Source: a virus (Duplodnaviria > Caudoviricetes). Taken from it: a stretch of 39,554 nt of DNA. Below, piece by piece: positions 25,715 to 34,817 of this stretch (positions within the stretch are counted from its first letter, which is position 1; the number at the start of each line of letters is the position of its first letter). Both the position numbers and the translations under genes were made by a program. The stretch is taken from positions 1-39,554 of the IMG/VR virus record IMGVR_UViG_3300016672_000078; one strand, given 5' to 3'. The notes below the pieces were generated by a model. It was not told the DNA's origin and did not search any database. It worked only from the letters and a program-made list of their open reading frames with translations.

Positions 25715-25798
25715 TTTCTGCGGAATCGGTGGGAGCCTGAGCGCTCCCCGCCATGGCAAGGGGCAACGCCGTCAGCCGCGGCACCACCAAGGAAACCC

Positions 25799-26200
25799 AT
25801 GTTCAAGCGAATCCCCACGTACCTCCTGGTTGCCGCGCTCGCGGTGGCCGCCTGCGCCATCATCTTCGGCCCCGGCGCCTACATGCACGCCGTCACGGCC
25901 AGCGCCTCCCCCGCCGACATGGCCGCGAACGCCCTGGGCGTGCCCATGCGCGCCAAGTTCGTCATCGCCTCGGTCGACCGCGCCGTGGGCCATGACGGCA
26001 GCGTCACCGCCGAGCGGGTGCGGTTCAACGCCGTGTGTCCCCCGTCGTTCGACAAGGACGGCTTGAGCGAGGACAGCACGTTCTCCAAGTTCTCGCCGCA
26101 GGCGTCGTGCGAGATCTACATCAACAACCCCGCGCTGCACGGCCACTACGCACCGGGCCAGAAGTTCTACGTGGACTTCACCCCTGCACCCGCCACCTGA
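25799..26200 (+). CDS. Phage protein (MRAKF...FYVDFTPA type) with N-terminal signal/TM segment
   Basis: AAGGA RBS; hydrophobic N-terminus; MRAKF..F..FSP....I.I.NP..GQKFYVDFT. Confidence 0.75.
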   Translation: MFKRIPTYLLVAALAVAACAIIFGPGAYMHAVTASASPADMAANALGVPMRAKFVIASVDRAVGHDGSVTAERVRFNAVCPPSFDKDGLSEDSTFSKFSPQASCEIYINNPALHGHYAPGQKFYVDFTPAPAT

Positions 26201-26240
26201 CCGCGCCACCGCGCCTATGGGCTCGCCATGAGCCCCTATG

Positions 26241-26265
26241 AGCCCGCCTTTGAGCGGGCTTTTTC
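26241..26265 (+). terminator. Intrinsic terminator ending the early right operon before terS
   Basis: AGCCCGC-CTTTGA-GCGGGCT-TTTT. Confidence 0.8.
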
Positions 26266-26361
26266 ATGTCCGGCGCCCGGATCGGTTGATTTCCAGGGGA
26301 TGCGTGGGAAGGTGACGACCACAACAGCGCGCAGCCCCACACCACAACAACCACAACAGCC

Positions 26362-27390
26362 ATGACCGACGGCAACAACACCCCCGATGACAGCGGCGCA
26401 AGCCCTGCCGGTGGCTTGTCGATCAAGAAGCAGGCGTTCGCCCTGGCCTATCACCAGGAGCCCAACGCCACCAAGGCCGCCATCAAGGCCGGGTACAGCG
26501 CGAAGACCGCGCAGCAGGCCGGCAGCCGCCTCCTGAAAGACCCCGGCGTGAAGGCCGAGCTTGCCCGCCTCGCCGCCGAGCAAGTGGAATCCGATTCCAC
26601 CCAGGCAGAGAAGGCGAAGCCGCACACAGCTTCGCCGAAGGCGGCCCCCGCCCCCAAGGCGGCGCAGACGCCGGCCAAGTTCAGCGAGCAGCTACTAGCC
26701 CGCCAGGCGGCGGCAGACCCCAACCAGCCCATCCCTGCCACCACGCCGATGGAAGAGGCGTTCATCACCGAGTACCTGCGCAACGGCATGAACGGGACGG
26801 CGGCATGGATCTTCACGCACCCCGGTTGCAAGCCTGATGCAGCGGCGTCGTATGCCAGTGTTTTGATCAGAAAACCGAGGGTCGCAGCCCGAATTGCCGC
26901 AGAACGTCAGCGCCTGGCACAACAACACGAGATGACCCGGGATCAGCTGCTGGCCGAGTTCTTGGCCATCGTTCGCGCGGACCCGAACGAGCTGACGCAG
27001 ATGCGGTGCGTGGCCTGTTCGAGCTGCTGGCCGTCGGACTCTGACCGCAAGGGCCGCTGGGTGGACCCGGACCCCGAGTGCTCCGAGTGCATGGGCGAAG
27101 GCAACACCGTCCCGTGGTTCGCGGACACCCGCAAGCTGTCGCCCGAGGCCCGGGCGCTGTTCGCTGGCGTCAAGCTCACGGCCAACGGCGTGACCATCCT
27201 GCAGCACGACAAGATGGCCGCGCTCGTCAACATCGGCAAGATCCTGGGCGCCTACGAGAAGGACAACGCGCAGAAGCGGCCGGAGCTGGCCGAGGCCGTG
27301 GCCGAGTTCGTGGCCCAGATCCACGAGCAAGGCGCCGGCCGCCTGCCGTTCGCGCGCCGCACGCCGACGGCTGACAAGGTGCAGCACTGA
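26362..27390 (+). CDS. terS: Terminase small subunit (two TerS HTH-like domains + Zn-finger-like motif)
   Basis: KKQAFALAY..NATKAAIKAGYSAKTA..GSRLLK; second unit MEEAFITEYL..NGTAA..ASVLIRKPRV; CxxCxxC..CxxC; DKMAAL..IGKILG. Confidence 0.88.
   Translation: MTDGNNTPDDSGASPAGGLSIKKQAFALAYHQEPNATKAAIKAGYSAKTAQQAGSRLLKDPGVKAELARLAAEQVESDSTQAEKAKPHTASPKAAPAPKAAQTPAKFSEQLLARQAAADPNQPIPATTPMEEAFITEYLRNGMNGTAAWIFTHPGCKPDAAASYASVLIRKPRVAARIAAERQRLAQQHEMTRDQLLAEFLAIVRADPNELTQMRCVACSSCWPSDSDRKGRWVDPDPECSECMGEGNTVPWFADTRKLSPEARALFAGVKLTANGVTILQHDKMAALVNIGKILGAYEKDNAQKRPELAEAVAEFVAQIHEQGAGRLPFARRTPTADKVQH
26584..26600. repeat. 17-bp palindrome GTGGAATCCGATTCCAC, copy 3 (inside terS)
   Basis: Identical to copies 1-2. 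Confidence 0.95.
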
Positions 27391-28949
27391 TGAGCGCCGT
27401 GCTGGACGACGCCCCGCTGACCCTGGACGAGATCCTGGGGCCGCAGTGGCGCGACCTGAACTGGCGCCTGCGCAACCTGTACTGGATCGTCAACAAGGAC
27501 GCCAAGCCGGTGCGGTTCGAGCCGAACGCCGAGCAAGACGACTTCATCCGCAACATCTGGACGCGCAACCTGATCCTGAAGGCGCGGCAGAAGGGTTTCT
27601 CGACCCTGATCCAGATCCTGCAGCTCGACCAGGCGCTGTTCAACTCCAACCACGTCGGCGCCACCATCGCCGAGACGCTGCCCAATGCCGGCAAGCTGTT
27701 CAAGAAGATCGAGTTCGCCCAGGAGCGGCTGCCCGAGGCGCTGGGCCAGGCCCTGCCGATCAAGGCCATGGCCTCGAAGTCCGCGATGGAGTTCGAGCAC
27801 GGCAGCAGCATCTACGTCGGCGTCAGCGCCCGCGGCGACACCCTGCGCCTGCTGCACGTGTCCGAGTTCGGCGTGATCTGCCGCAAGTACCCCGAGCGCG
27901 CGGCCGAGATCGTGTCCGGCGCCTTCGAGGCGGTGCCTACCGAGGGCTGCATCGTCGTGGAGAGCACGGCCGAGGGCGCGGCAGGCCCGTTCTACGACCT
28001 GGTGATGGCCGCGCTCAAGCGCCAGCAGGAGGGCGCCCCCGAAACCGAGCTGGACTGGCGGCTGCACTTCTACCCGTGGTTCGACTCGCCCGAATACCGG
28101 CTGGACCCGGCCAACGTGATCGTCAGCGCCGACGAGCACCGCTACTTCGACAAGATCCAGGCGTACTGGCGCGAGCACGGCAAGCCCGGCCTCACCATCG
28201 ACCCGGCCCAGCGCGCGTGGTACGTGGTCAAGAAGGGCACGCTCAAGCGGCTGATGAAGCGCGAGTACCCCAGCACGGTGGAGGAAGCGTTCGAGCAGGC
28301 CGTAGAAGGTGCCGTCTTCGGCGACGAGATGACCGCGATCCGCGAGGCGGGCCGCATCACCACCGTGCCGCTGGACCCAGCCTACCCGGTCAACACCTTC
28401 TGGGACTTCGGCCTGGGCCGCCGCAACCCGATCTGGCTGCACCAGCGCATCGGCCTGCAGAACCGCTGGGTCAAGTATTTCGACGACTACGGCAAGGGCC
28501 TGGCGTGGTGGTGGCGGCACCTGGAGCAGTGGCGCCGCGAGCACGGCGAGTTCGAGTGGGGCACCCACTACCTGCCGCACGACGCCGACACCGAGATCCT
28601 GGGCGAAGAGGTCACGACCAAGCGCCGCATCCTCGTGGCCGCCGGCATGCGCAACGAGTTCGTCGTTCCGCGCATCGCGCTCAAGAGCACGGCCATCGAC
28701 ATGGCCCGGGCCGCGCTCCCCGTCGACAACTGGTTCGACCGCGTGGAGTGCGCCGAGGGCATCAAGTGCCTGGACGGCTACCAGTACGAGTGGAACGAGA
28801 AGCAGGGGATCTGGAGCCGGACCCCGATGCCCAACTGGGCCAGCCACGGCGCCGACGCCTGGATGCAGTACGCCCAGGGCTACGAGGACCGCGGCCCAGT
28901 CCGGTCAGCGGCCAAGAAGCACACCGCACGAAAGAAGTCATGGCGTTGA
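27390..28949 (+). CDS. terL: Terminase large subunit
   Basis: ILKARQKGFST (Walker A), LHVSEFG (Walker B), ESTAEG, WDFG, LPHD, SHGADA. Confidence 0.95.
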   Translation: MSAVLDDAPLTLDEILGPQWRDLNWRLRNLYWIVNKDAKPVRFEPNAEQDDFIRNIWTRNLILKARQKGFSTLIQILQLDQALFNSNHVGATIAETLPNAGKLFKKIEFAQERLPEALGQALPIKAMASKSAMEFEHGSSIYVGVSARGDTLRLLHVSEFGVICRKYPERAAEIVSGAFEAVPTEGCIVVESTAEGAAGPFYDLVMAALKRQQEGAPETELDWRLHFYPWFDSPEYRLDPANVIVSADEHRYFDKIQAYWREHGKPGLTIDPAQRAWYVVKKGTLKRLMKREYPSTVEEAFEQAVEGAVFGDEMTAIREAGRITTVPLDPAYPVNTFWDFGLGRRNPIWLHQRIGLQNRWVKYFDDYGKGLAWWWRHLEQWRREHGEFEWGTHYLPHDADTEILGEEVTTKRRILVAAGMRNEFVVPRIALKSTAIDMARAALPVDNWFDRVECAEGIKCLDGYQYEWNEKQGIWSRTPMPNWASHGADAWMQYAQGYEDRGPVRSAAKKHTARKKSWR

Positions 28950-28965
28950 GCCAGGAGAGACAGCA

Positions 28966-29469
28966 ATGCAACTGAGTCCAATCCGAAGCCCCGAGGGGCT
29001 GCCCATGTGGTCAGCCGGCGGGCAGCATGCCTGGAAGACCTTCGAGCACCGCGGCTACGTGGTCAGCCTCGAATGGGTGGGCGACCACCGCCGCACCCGC
29101 AAGTGCATGGTGATCTGGCCCGCCAGCAACGTGTTCGCCAGCGGCGCCACGAGCGAGGGCATGTGGGTCATCTCCGAGCGCGCCATCACCGAGTTCGTCG
29201 GCTTCAACGGCAACGACAAATGCACGGGCTCCGTCAGCGAGCACTGCCTGCGTGAGTGCCAAGAGGCCTTGCCGATGCTGGGCAAGGACGCGAACGATCG
29301 GCACGCCTTGAACGCGCTGATCGACACGGTGTGCCGGTTCGCGCCCGAGCTGGTGGGCATGCCCGTGGCACCCCAGGCCGTGCGCAAGGAGCTGCGCGGC
29401 CAGGCCATGTGGGACGTGGTGGCGACGAACAAGGCCACCGGCAAGACGCTTTCGGAGGCCAGCGTATGA
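28966..29469 (+). CDS. Hypothetical protein between terL and portal
   Basis: AGGAG RBS; good codon usage. Confidence 0.75.
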   Translation: MQLSPIRSPEGLPMWSAGGQHAWKTFEHRGYVVSLEWVGDHRRTRKCMVIWPASNVFASGATSEGMWVISERAITEFVGFNGNDKCTGSVSEHCLRECQEALPMLGKDANDRHALNALIDTVCRFAPELVGMPVAPQAVRKELRGQAMWDVVATNKATGKTLSEASV

Positions 29470-31748
29470 GCGCCGTCGCCGAGCGCGTGGCCCGCCCCAA
29501 GGCCAAGCCCAGCAAGACCGCAGTGGCCGCTCGCCAGGCTGCGCAGCCGCGCGAGGTGGTCATGTCCGCCCAGGAGCGGCACGAGCAGCGCAAGGCGTGG
29601 TTCGTGGCCGAGGCTGCCAAGCAGGGGCCGAACCGCGCCCGCATGGCGAAGTGCGAGGCCGCCTACGACTCCGAGCAGTGGTCCCGCGAAGCTGCCGCCG
29701 AGGTGGAAGGCCGCGGGCAGAACCCTGTGGTCTACAACGAGATCAAGCCGGCCATCGACTGGATGATCGGCACGGAGCGCCGCAGCCGCGTCGACTTCTA
29801 CGTCGTGGCCGAGGACGACGGCCAGGAGGCGGAAGACGACGCCACCAACAAGACCAAGCTGCTGAAGTACCTGGACGACACGAACCGCGCCCAGTTCGAG
29901 CGCAGCTATGCGGCCGAGGACATGTTCAAGGCCGGCGTCGGATGGCTGGAAGTCGGCCTGCGTGGCGACCGCACGGGCGTGCCCATCTTCGTGGGCGCCG
30001 AGTCGTGGCGGAACATCCTGTGGGACAGCAACGACTACCGCCGCGACCTGAGCAACGCGCGCTACCTGTTCCGCATCAAGGTCGTGGACTACGACGTTGC
30101 GCTCGCGATCTTCCCGGACAAGAAGGAGCAGCTTGATCGCTGCGTGCAGGAGGGCGACGAGCTTTCCGTCTTCAAGTCCTGGATCAACGGCACGGGCCTG
30201 ATCAGCGGCCTGGATGCCTTCGGCGCCAACTCCGACGATATCGACTTCATCACGCCCAAGCCGGTGGGCCTGTTCAACCCGCGGCGGCGCATCATGCTGC
30301 TGGAATGCTGGTCGCGTGAGCCCCAGCGGCGCCCGACCAGCGAAGACGGCCTCGGCGACCCGGTGCAGTTCAAGATGCGCGTGAGCATCATGACCGAGCA
30401 CGACACGCTGATCGAGGCGTGGAGCCCGTTCAACCACGATCAGTTCCCGTTCATCCCGCTCTGGGGCTACATCAACCGCCGCACGCGGCTGCCGTACAGC
30501 CCCATCCTGCCCATGCTCGGGCCGCAGGAGGCGCTGAACCACCGCATGAGCAAGGCCATCATGGAGGCGGCCAGCAATCAGATGCTGCTGGAAGAGGATG
30601 CCATCGGCGAGACGATGGATCTTGAAGAGATCCGGGACGAGCTGAACGCCCCCGACGGCATGCCGATCTTCAAGACCGGCGCGCTGTCGGGCAACCGGGT
30701 CCGCGAGCGGCCCACCGCGGGCGCGGCCACGCAGCAGCTCATGCTCGCCGAGCGCGATATCACGCACATGCGCTCCATGTCGGGCGTGACCGGCGAGAAC
30801 CGGGGCGAGCAGACCAACGCCACCAGCGGCAAGGCCGTGATCGCCAAGCAAGAGCAGGGCAGCCTGTTGACGGCCGAGCTGTTCGACAACCTGCTGCTGG
30901 CCCGCCAGATCGAGGGCGAGTTGACCCTGAGCATGGCCGAGCAGTTCGTCCGCGCGCCGCTGACCATCCGCGTGGCCGGCGAGGGCCGCAAGGTCGAGCG
31001 CACCAAGATCAACCAGCCGATGCCGGACGGCACCTACCTGAACGACATTACGAAGCGGCGAGCCCACTTCACCGTCGGCGAGCAGGCGTGGAAGCAGAGC
31101 TACGCCGAGAGCGCCTTCCAGTCGCTCATGGAGGTGATGACTCAGCTTTCCGCGGCTGCCCCGCAGGTGGTCATCAACCTGCTGGACGTGGTGTTCGACA
31201 TGCACCCGAACCTGCCGCGCAAGAAGGCGCTGATCGACCGCATCCGCGCCGTGAACGGCCAGCAAGACCCGGACGGCAAGCTGACGCCCGAGCAGCAGCA
31301 GGCCGCGGCAGACATGGCGGCCAAGGCCAAGGCCCAGTACGACGCCACCATGGCGAAGATCCAGGCCGAGATCCAGGAGGCCGTCGCCAAGGGCGAGAAG
31401 CTGATCGCCGACGCGATGAAGTCGCGGCTGGAATCGCTCTACATCAGCGCCCAGGCCGCGCAGACCCTGGCGCAGATGCCCGGTGCCACCCCGGTGGCCG
31501 ACGAGCTGCTGCGTGCGGCCGGCTTCAAGGATGCCGGCGCGACCGGCGACGTGATCGAGCCCAGCGCCGTGCCGACCGACCCCGCCCAGCCGCAGCCTGG
31601 CGAAGAAGTTCCCCCCGTGGACCCCAGCATGGGGCCACAACCCCCCGCCGACGGAGCCCCGCAGCCGCCCCTCATGGGTGACGGCGAGGCCCGCGGCATT
31701 GAAACCGTCGCGCCCGATGGCGTGATCCAACCCCAAGCAGGAGCTTGA
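29466..31748 (+). CDS. Portal protein (P22-like)
   Basis: YDSEQW..RGQNPVVYNEIKPAIDWMIGTE, PQEALNHRMSK, SGKAVIAKQEQG; size and position. Confidence 0.9.
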   Translation: MSAVAERVARPKAKPSKTAVAARQAAQPREVVMSAQERHEQRKAWFVAEAAKQGPNRARMAKCEAAYDSEQWSREAAAEVEGRGQNPVVYNEIKPAIDWMIGTERRSRVDFYVVAEDDGQEAEDDATNKTKLLKYLDDTNRAQFERSYAAEDMFKAGVGWLEVGLRGDRTGVPIFVGAESWRNILWDSNDYRRDLSNARYLFRIKVVDYDVALAIFPDKKEQLDRCVQEGDELSVFKSWINGTGLISGLDAFGANSDDIDFITPKPVGLFNPRRRIMLLECWSREPQRRPTSEDGLGDPVQFKMRVSIMTEHDTLIEAWSPFNHDQFPFIPLWGYINRRTRLPYSPILPMLGPQEALNHRMSKAIMEAASNQMLLEEDAIGETMDLEEIRDELNAPDGMPIFKTGALSGNRVRERPTAGAATQQLMLAERDITHMRSMSGVTGENRGEQTNATSGKAVIAKQEQGSLLTAELFDNLLLARQIEGELTLSMAEQFVRAPLTIRVAGEGRKVERTKINQPMPDGTYLNDITKRRAHFTVGEQAWKQSYAESAFQSLMEVMTQLSAAAPQVVINLLDVVFDMHPNLPRKKALIDRIRAVNGQQDPDGKLTPEQQQAAADMAAKAKAQYDATMAKIQAEIQEAVAKGEKLIADAMKSRLESLYISAQAAQTLAQMPGATPVADELLRAAGFKDAGATGDVIEPSAVPTDPAQPQPGEEVPPVDPSMGPQPPADGAPQPPLMGDGEARGIETVAPDGVIQPQAGA

Positions 31749-31750
31749 AC

Positions 31751-32203
31751 GTGAGCAAAGCGAAATCCGCCACCAAGGCAGCCGCCACCGCAACCACCGC
31801 GACCCCCGAGGCCGCGGCCCCCAGCACCACCGCCACCGCGGCCGAAACCCAGGGCATCGCTGCCCCGGCTGAAGCTCCGGCCCCCGAGCCCGTCAGCGGC
31901 AACACCCTGGGCATCCGCCCCGTCATCACCCCGACCGTGGGCCGCCGCGTCCACTTCTGGCCCAACGCCGAGCACCAGGAAGCGTTCGGCGTGTTCGACG
32001 CGCAGCAGCCGTGTGACGCCGGCATCGTCTACGTGTGGGGCGACCGTGAGGTGAACGTCGAGGTCACCGGCCCGAGCGGCGTGCGCAGCACGGTGCAGAA
32101 CGTCCGGCTGCTGCAGGGCGACGACGAGCCCGAGGAAGGCAAGAGCTACGCCGCCTGGATGGACTACCAAGTCACCCAGGCGCTGAAGCAGGCCGCCGCC
32201 TAA
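31751..32203 (+). CDS. Hypothetical protein (PTVGRRVHF type)
   Basis: AGGAG RBS before GTG; PTVGRRVHFW..AGIVYVW..VN. Confidence 0.7.
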   Translation: MSKAKSATKAAATATTATPEAAAPSTTATAAETQGIAAPAEAPAPEPVSGNTLGIRPVITPTVGRRVHFWPNAEHQEAFGVFDAQQPCDAGIVYVWGDREVNVEVTGPSGVRSTVQNVRLLQGDDEPEEGKSYAAWMDYQVTQALKQAAA

Positions 32204-32228
32204 AACCCCGCGACTTCAGGAGAGCCAC

Positions 32229-32423
32229 ATGGCAAAGAAGAAACCCGCCTCTGTCGGCATCTACGACGACGCCAAGTGGCGAGCCGAGGACGACATGCGG
32301 ACCCTGGCACGAGCCCAGGAGATCAAGAACGACCCTCAGCGCCTGGCCGCGGCCAAGAAGTGCGCCGAGGAAAAGCTCGCCGAGATGCAGGCCGTGGCCG
32401 GCGTCACCGCGGCGAGCAAGTGA
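32229..32423 (+). CDS. Small hypothetical protein
   Basis: AGGAG RBS; WRAEDDMRTLARAQEIKNDPQRL. Confidence 0.75.
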   Translation: MAKKKPASVGIYDDAKWRAEDDMRTLARAQEIKNDPQRLAAAKKCAEEKLAEMQAVAGVTAASK

Positions 32424-32427
32424 CCCC

Positions 32428-32452
32428 GGGGGTGGAATCCGATTCCACCCCC
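32428..32452. repeat. 17-bp palindrome copy 4 (core 32432-32448), extended to a 25-bp palindrome; intergenic upstream of the scaffold gene
   Basis: GGGGGTGGAATCCGATTCCACCCCC. Confidence 0.95.
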
Positions 32453-32471
32453 ACACCCAACCAGGACCACC

Positions 32472-33386
32472 ATGAGCACCACCACCCCGACCGTCGGCAC
32501 CACGCAGGCCGAAGCCGACGTTCTCGCGGCAACCGCCGCAGCCATCGCAGCCGGTCAAGATCCGTTCGGTGACGGCGACGACGAGCAACCCGAGAGCACG
32601 ACCACTGCTGCTGCCGCCGAGGAAGAAGGCACGACGACCGCCGCCGCTGGAATGGACGCCAACGGCGAGAAGAGCGGCGAGGAAGAGGTTGCCGGCGATG
32701 ACGAAGACACCGACCTGACCCCCGAGCAGCTGGCCGCCATCGCTGGCGATGACACGCCCGAGCCCGCCCCCGCCCCTCGCTACAAGACCGCCGACCCGGA
32801 GGAGCTGAAGGCCAAGCGCGCCGAGCAGATCGAGATCAAGGCCAAGGCCCTCAAAGACCTGATGGACGGCGTGATCGAGCCCGAGGAATACAGCCGCATC
32901 GAAAGCGAGGTGGCTGACAAGCTCGAAGAACTGGCCGTGCAGCGGACCTTGCACGCGGCCAACGTGCAGACCGAGCAGCAGATCCAGGAAGCCGCGCTCG
33001 ACAAGATCATCGACGATGCCAAGAAGGCGGGCGAGGTGGACTACCGCGCCGACCCCAAGGCGGCCAAGCAGTTCGACACGGCCATGGCGATGCTGGCCCA
33101 GGACGGCGAGAAGCGCACCTATGCCAAGCTGGTGGAAGAAGCGCATCAGGCCGTGCTGGCAATCCGCGGCATCAAGCCTGCCGCAGCGCCGGCACCAGCA
33201 GCCACGCCGGCCCAGCCGCGCGAGAACGGCAAGGGGCCGATGACCCTGCGCAACGTGCCCGCGGCCGAGACGCCGAACTCTGGCGGAGGCTGGAAGGAGC
33301 AGCTTGCTGCCCTGAGCGGCCAGGCCTACGAAGAGGCGTTCGCCAAGCTGTCGCCTGGCCAGCGCGCCGAGCTGCTGAACGACTGA
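32472..33386 (+). CDS. Capsid scaffolding protein
   Basis: Acidic N-terminus, helical middle, P.TL..VP..E C-terminal motif; position before capsid. Confidence 0.75.
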   Translation: MSTTTPTVGTTQAEADVLAATAAAIAAGQDPFGDGDDEQPESTTTAAAAEEEGTTTAAAGMDANGEKSGEEEVAGDDEDTDLTPEQLAAIAGDDTPEPAPAPRYKTADPEELKAKRAEQIEIKAKALKDLMDGVIEPEEYSRIESEVADKLEELAVQRTLHAANVQTEQQIQEAALDKIIDDAKKAGEVDYRADPKAAKQFDTAMAMLAQDGEKRTYAKLVEEAHQAVLAIRGIKPAAAPAPAATPAQPRENGKGPMTLRNVPAAETPNSGGGWKEQLAALSGQAYEEAFAKLSPGQRAELLND

Positions 33387-33393
33387 GGGGACC

Positions 33394-33591
33394 ATGACGA
33401 ATCGACCGGTTCCCGCTACGACTGGGTTCAACCTGATCGACGTGAAGGTGGGAGAAACAATCCGCCTCGAATCGGTTGACTTCGGGGAAATCTCCGTGAC
33501 CATCAACGCCAAAGACGGACAGCGCGTTCGTCTTGGCGTGAAGGCCGGGCCTGCTGTGAAGGTAGTCCGGCCCGCACGCAAGGCGGGTTAG
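33394..33591 (+). CDS. CsrA/RsmA-like small RNA-binding protein
   Basis: VKVGETIRL....ISVTI...DGQRVRLGVKAGPAVKVVR parallels CsrA RRVGETLMIG..VTVTVL...GNQVRIGVNAPKEVSVHR. Confidence 0.65.
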   Translation: MTNRPVPATTGFNLIDVKVGETIRLESVDFGEISVTINAKDGQRVRLGVKAGPAVKVVRPARKAG

Positions 33592-33634
33592 CCCGCCGAC
33601 ATTCAGCTCCGGGCCACCGCGCCCGGTTTCAATC

Positions 33635-33670
33635 GGCTCGCAGGATGTGAGTCATGGTGCCTTTCAGGAG
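33635..33670 (+). promoter_or_regulatory. Capsid leader with a GGA-loop hairpin (CAGGATG) and CAGGAG RBS; CsrA-type sites
   Basis: GGCTCGCA-GGA-TGTGAGTC hairpin 33635-33653; CAGGAG 33665-33670. Confidence 0.5.
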
Positions 33671-33675
33671 CAACC

Positions 33676-34788
33676 ATGGCACGTACCACCATCCTCCCGA
33701 CCGATCCGAACAAGCGCAAGGCGTGGGCCGCCACCGTGGCCCAGGACAGCGCCAAAGAGCAATACTTCTCCCGCCTGGTGGGCGAAGAGGGCTCGTACTC
33801 GGCCATCATCAAGAAGACCGACACGGAGAAGGGCGCCGCTGACGAAATCGTCACCGCGCTCGTCGCCAAGCTGCGCGGTGCCCCCGTGATCGAGGGCCAG
33901 AAGCTCGAAGGCCGCGAGTTCCGCCTGCAGCACGCCTCGCACACCATGCGCATCAACGAGTTCCGCCACGGCGTGAACATCGGCGCCCGCATCGAGCAGT
34001 CGCGCGTCGGCTACAACCTGCGGAAGCAGGGCCGCGAGAAGCTGACCGACTACATCAAGGAGCTGTACGAGGAAGTCATCTGCATGGCCATCAGCGGTGC
34101 GCGCGGCATCGGTGGCGAGATCCAGCACTTCGACACCGCGTACACGGGCTACCCGAATGCGCTGCGCGCACCGGACGCGGCCCACCTGTACGTCGGCAAG
34201 GCCGGTGACAAGGCCAAGGCCACGCTGGTGCAGGCCGACACGCTGGCCCTGACCACCATCAACAAGCTGCGCACCAAGGCCAAGAAGATGCTGGGCGGCC
34301 AGCCGGACAAGGCCGTCAAGATGACGCCCATCTCCATGGGTGGCAAGAAGGTCTTCTGCCTGGCGACGCCGCCCGAGTGCATCCAGGACATTCGCGACGA
34401 CGCGGGTGCCCAGGGCTGGTTCGAGGCGCAGAAGGCTCTGACGACTGCCATCGGCAAGGAGTCGGAAATCTTCAAGGGCGGCGCGGGCATGTTCAACGGC
34501 GTGCTGGTCGACGAGATGGAGACGTGCGTCAAGTTCGGCGACTACGGCGCTGGCGCCAACCTGCCGGCGGCTCGCTCCCTGTTCATGGGCGCGAACGCGG
34601 GCTTCATCGCCCACGGCACCAAGGGGATGGCCGATGGCATGTCCGTGGCGCTCGACGAGGACACGGCCGACCGCAAGCACGACTCGATCCTCTTCTTCGA
34701 GATGATTTTCGGCGCCGACAAGACGGCCTTCAACGGCATGGACTACGGCCTCATCACCGTGGACAGCGCGTTCACCGCTGCCGTCTAA
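33676..34788 (+). CDS. Major capsid protein (N4 gp56 / DUF4043-like)
   Basis: 370 aa after the scaffold; KLEGRE..L....INEFRHGV, IFKGGAGMFNGVLV, G..K..F...DYG. Confidence 0.88.
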   Translation: MARTTILPTDPNKRKAWAATVAQDSAKEQYFSRLVGEEGSYSAIIKKTDTEKGAADEIVTALVAKLRGAPVIEGQKLEGREFRLQHASHTMRINEFRHGVNIGARIEQSRVGYNLRKQGREKLTDYIKELYEEVICMAISGARGIGGEIQHFDTAYTGYPNALRAPDAAHLYVGKAGDKAKATLVQADTLALTTINKLRTKAKKMLGGQPDKAVKMTPISMGGKKVFCLATPPECIQDIRDDAGAQGWFEAQKALTTAIGKESEIFKGGAGMFNGVLVDEMETCVKFGDYGAGANLPAARSLFMGANAGFIAHGTKGMADGMSVALDEDTADRKHDSILFFEMIFGADKTAFNGMDYGLITVDSAFTAAV

Positions 34789-34797
34789 GCAGGCGCG

Positions 34798-34817
34798 GGC
34801 TCGGCTTCGGCCGGGCC
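34798..34817 (+). other. C(UUCG)G hairpin after the capsid gene (stability element or partial terminator, no U tract)
   Basis: GGCTCGGC-TTCG-GCCGGGCC. Confidence 0.55.

Noticed and set aside
27446-28975. 509-aa same-strand alternative-frame ORF over terL (likewise 3071-4093 over int)
   Set aside because: Arg/Pro/Gly-rich off-frame product of GC3 bias; unlike the MTase second frame it supplies no missing conserved motif
29055-31793. 912-aa minus-strand ORF (and similar long ORFs at 27252-28847, 32172-33581, 34785-36461, 10254-11741)
   Set aside because: Antisense shadows of genuine high-GC genes; no motifs, and composition typical of reverse-frame translation
32428-32452. Palindrome copy 4 as a simple terminator
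   Set aside because: No U tract, minimal loop, and identical cores occur inside coding regions
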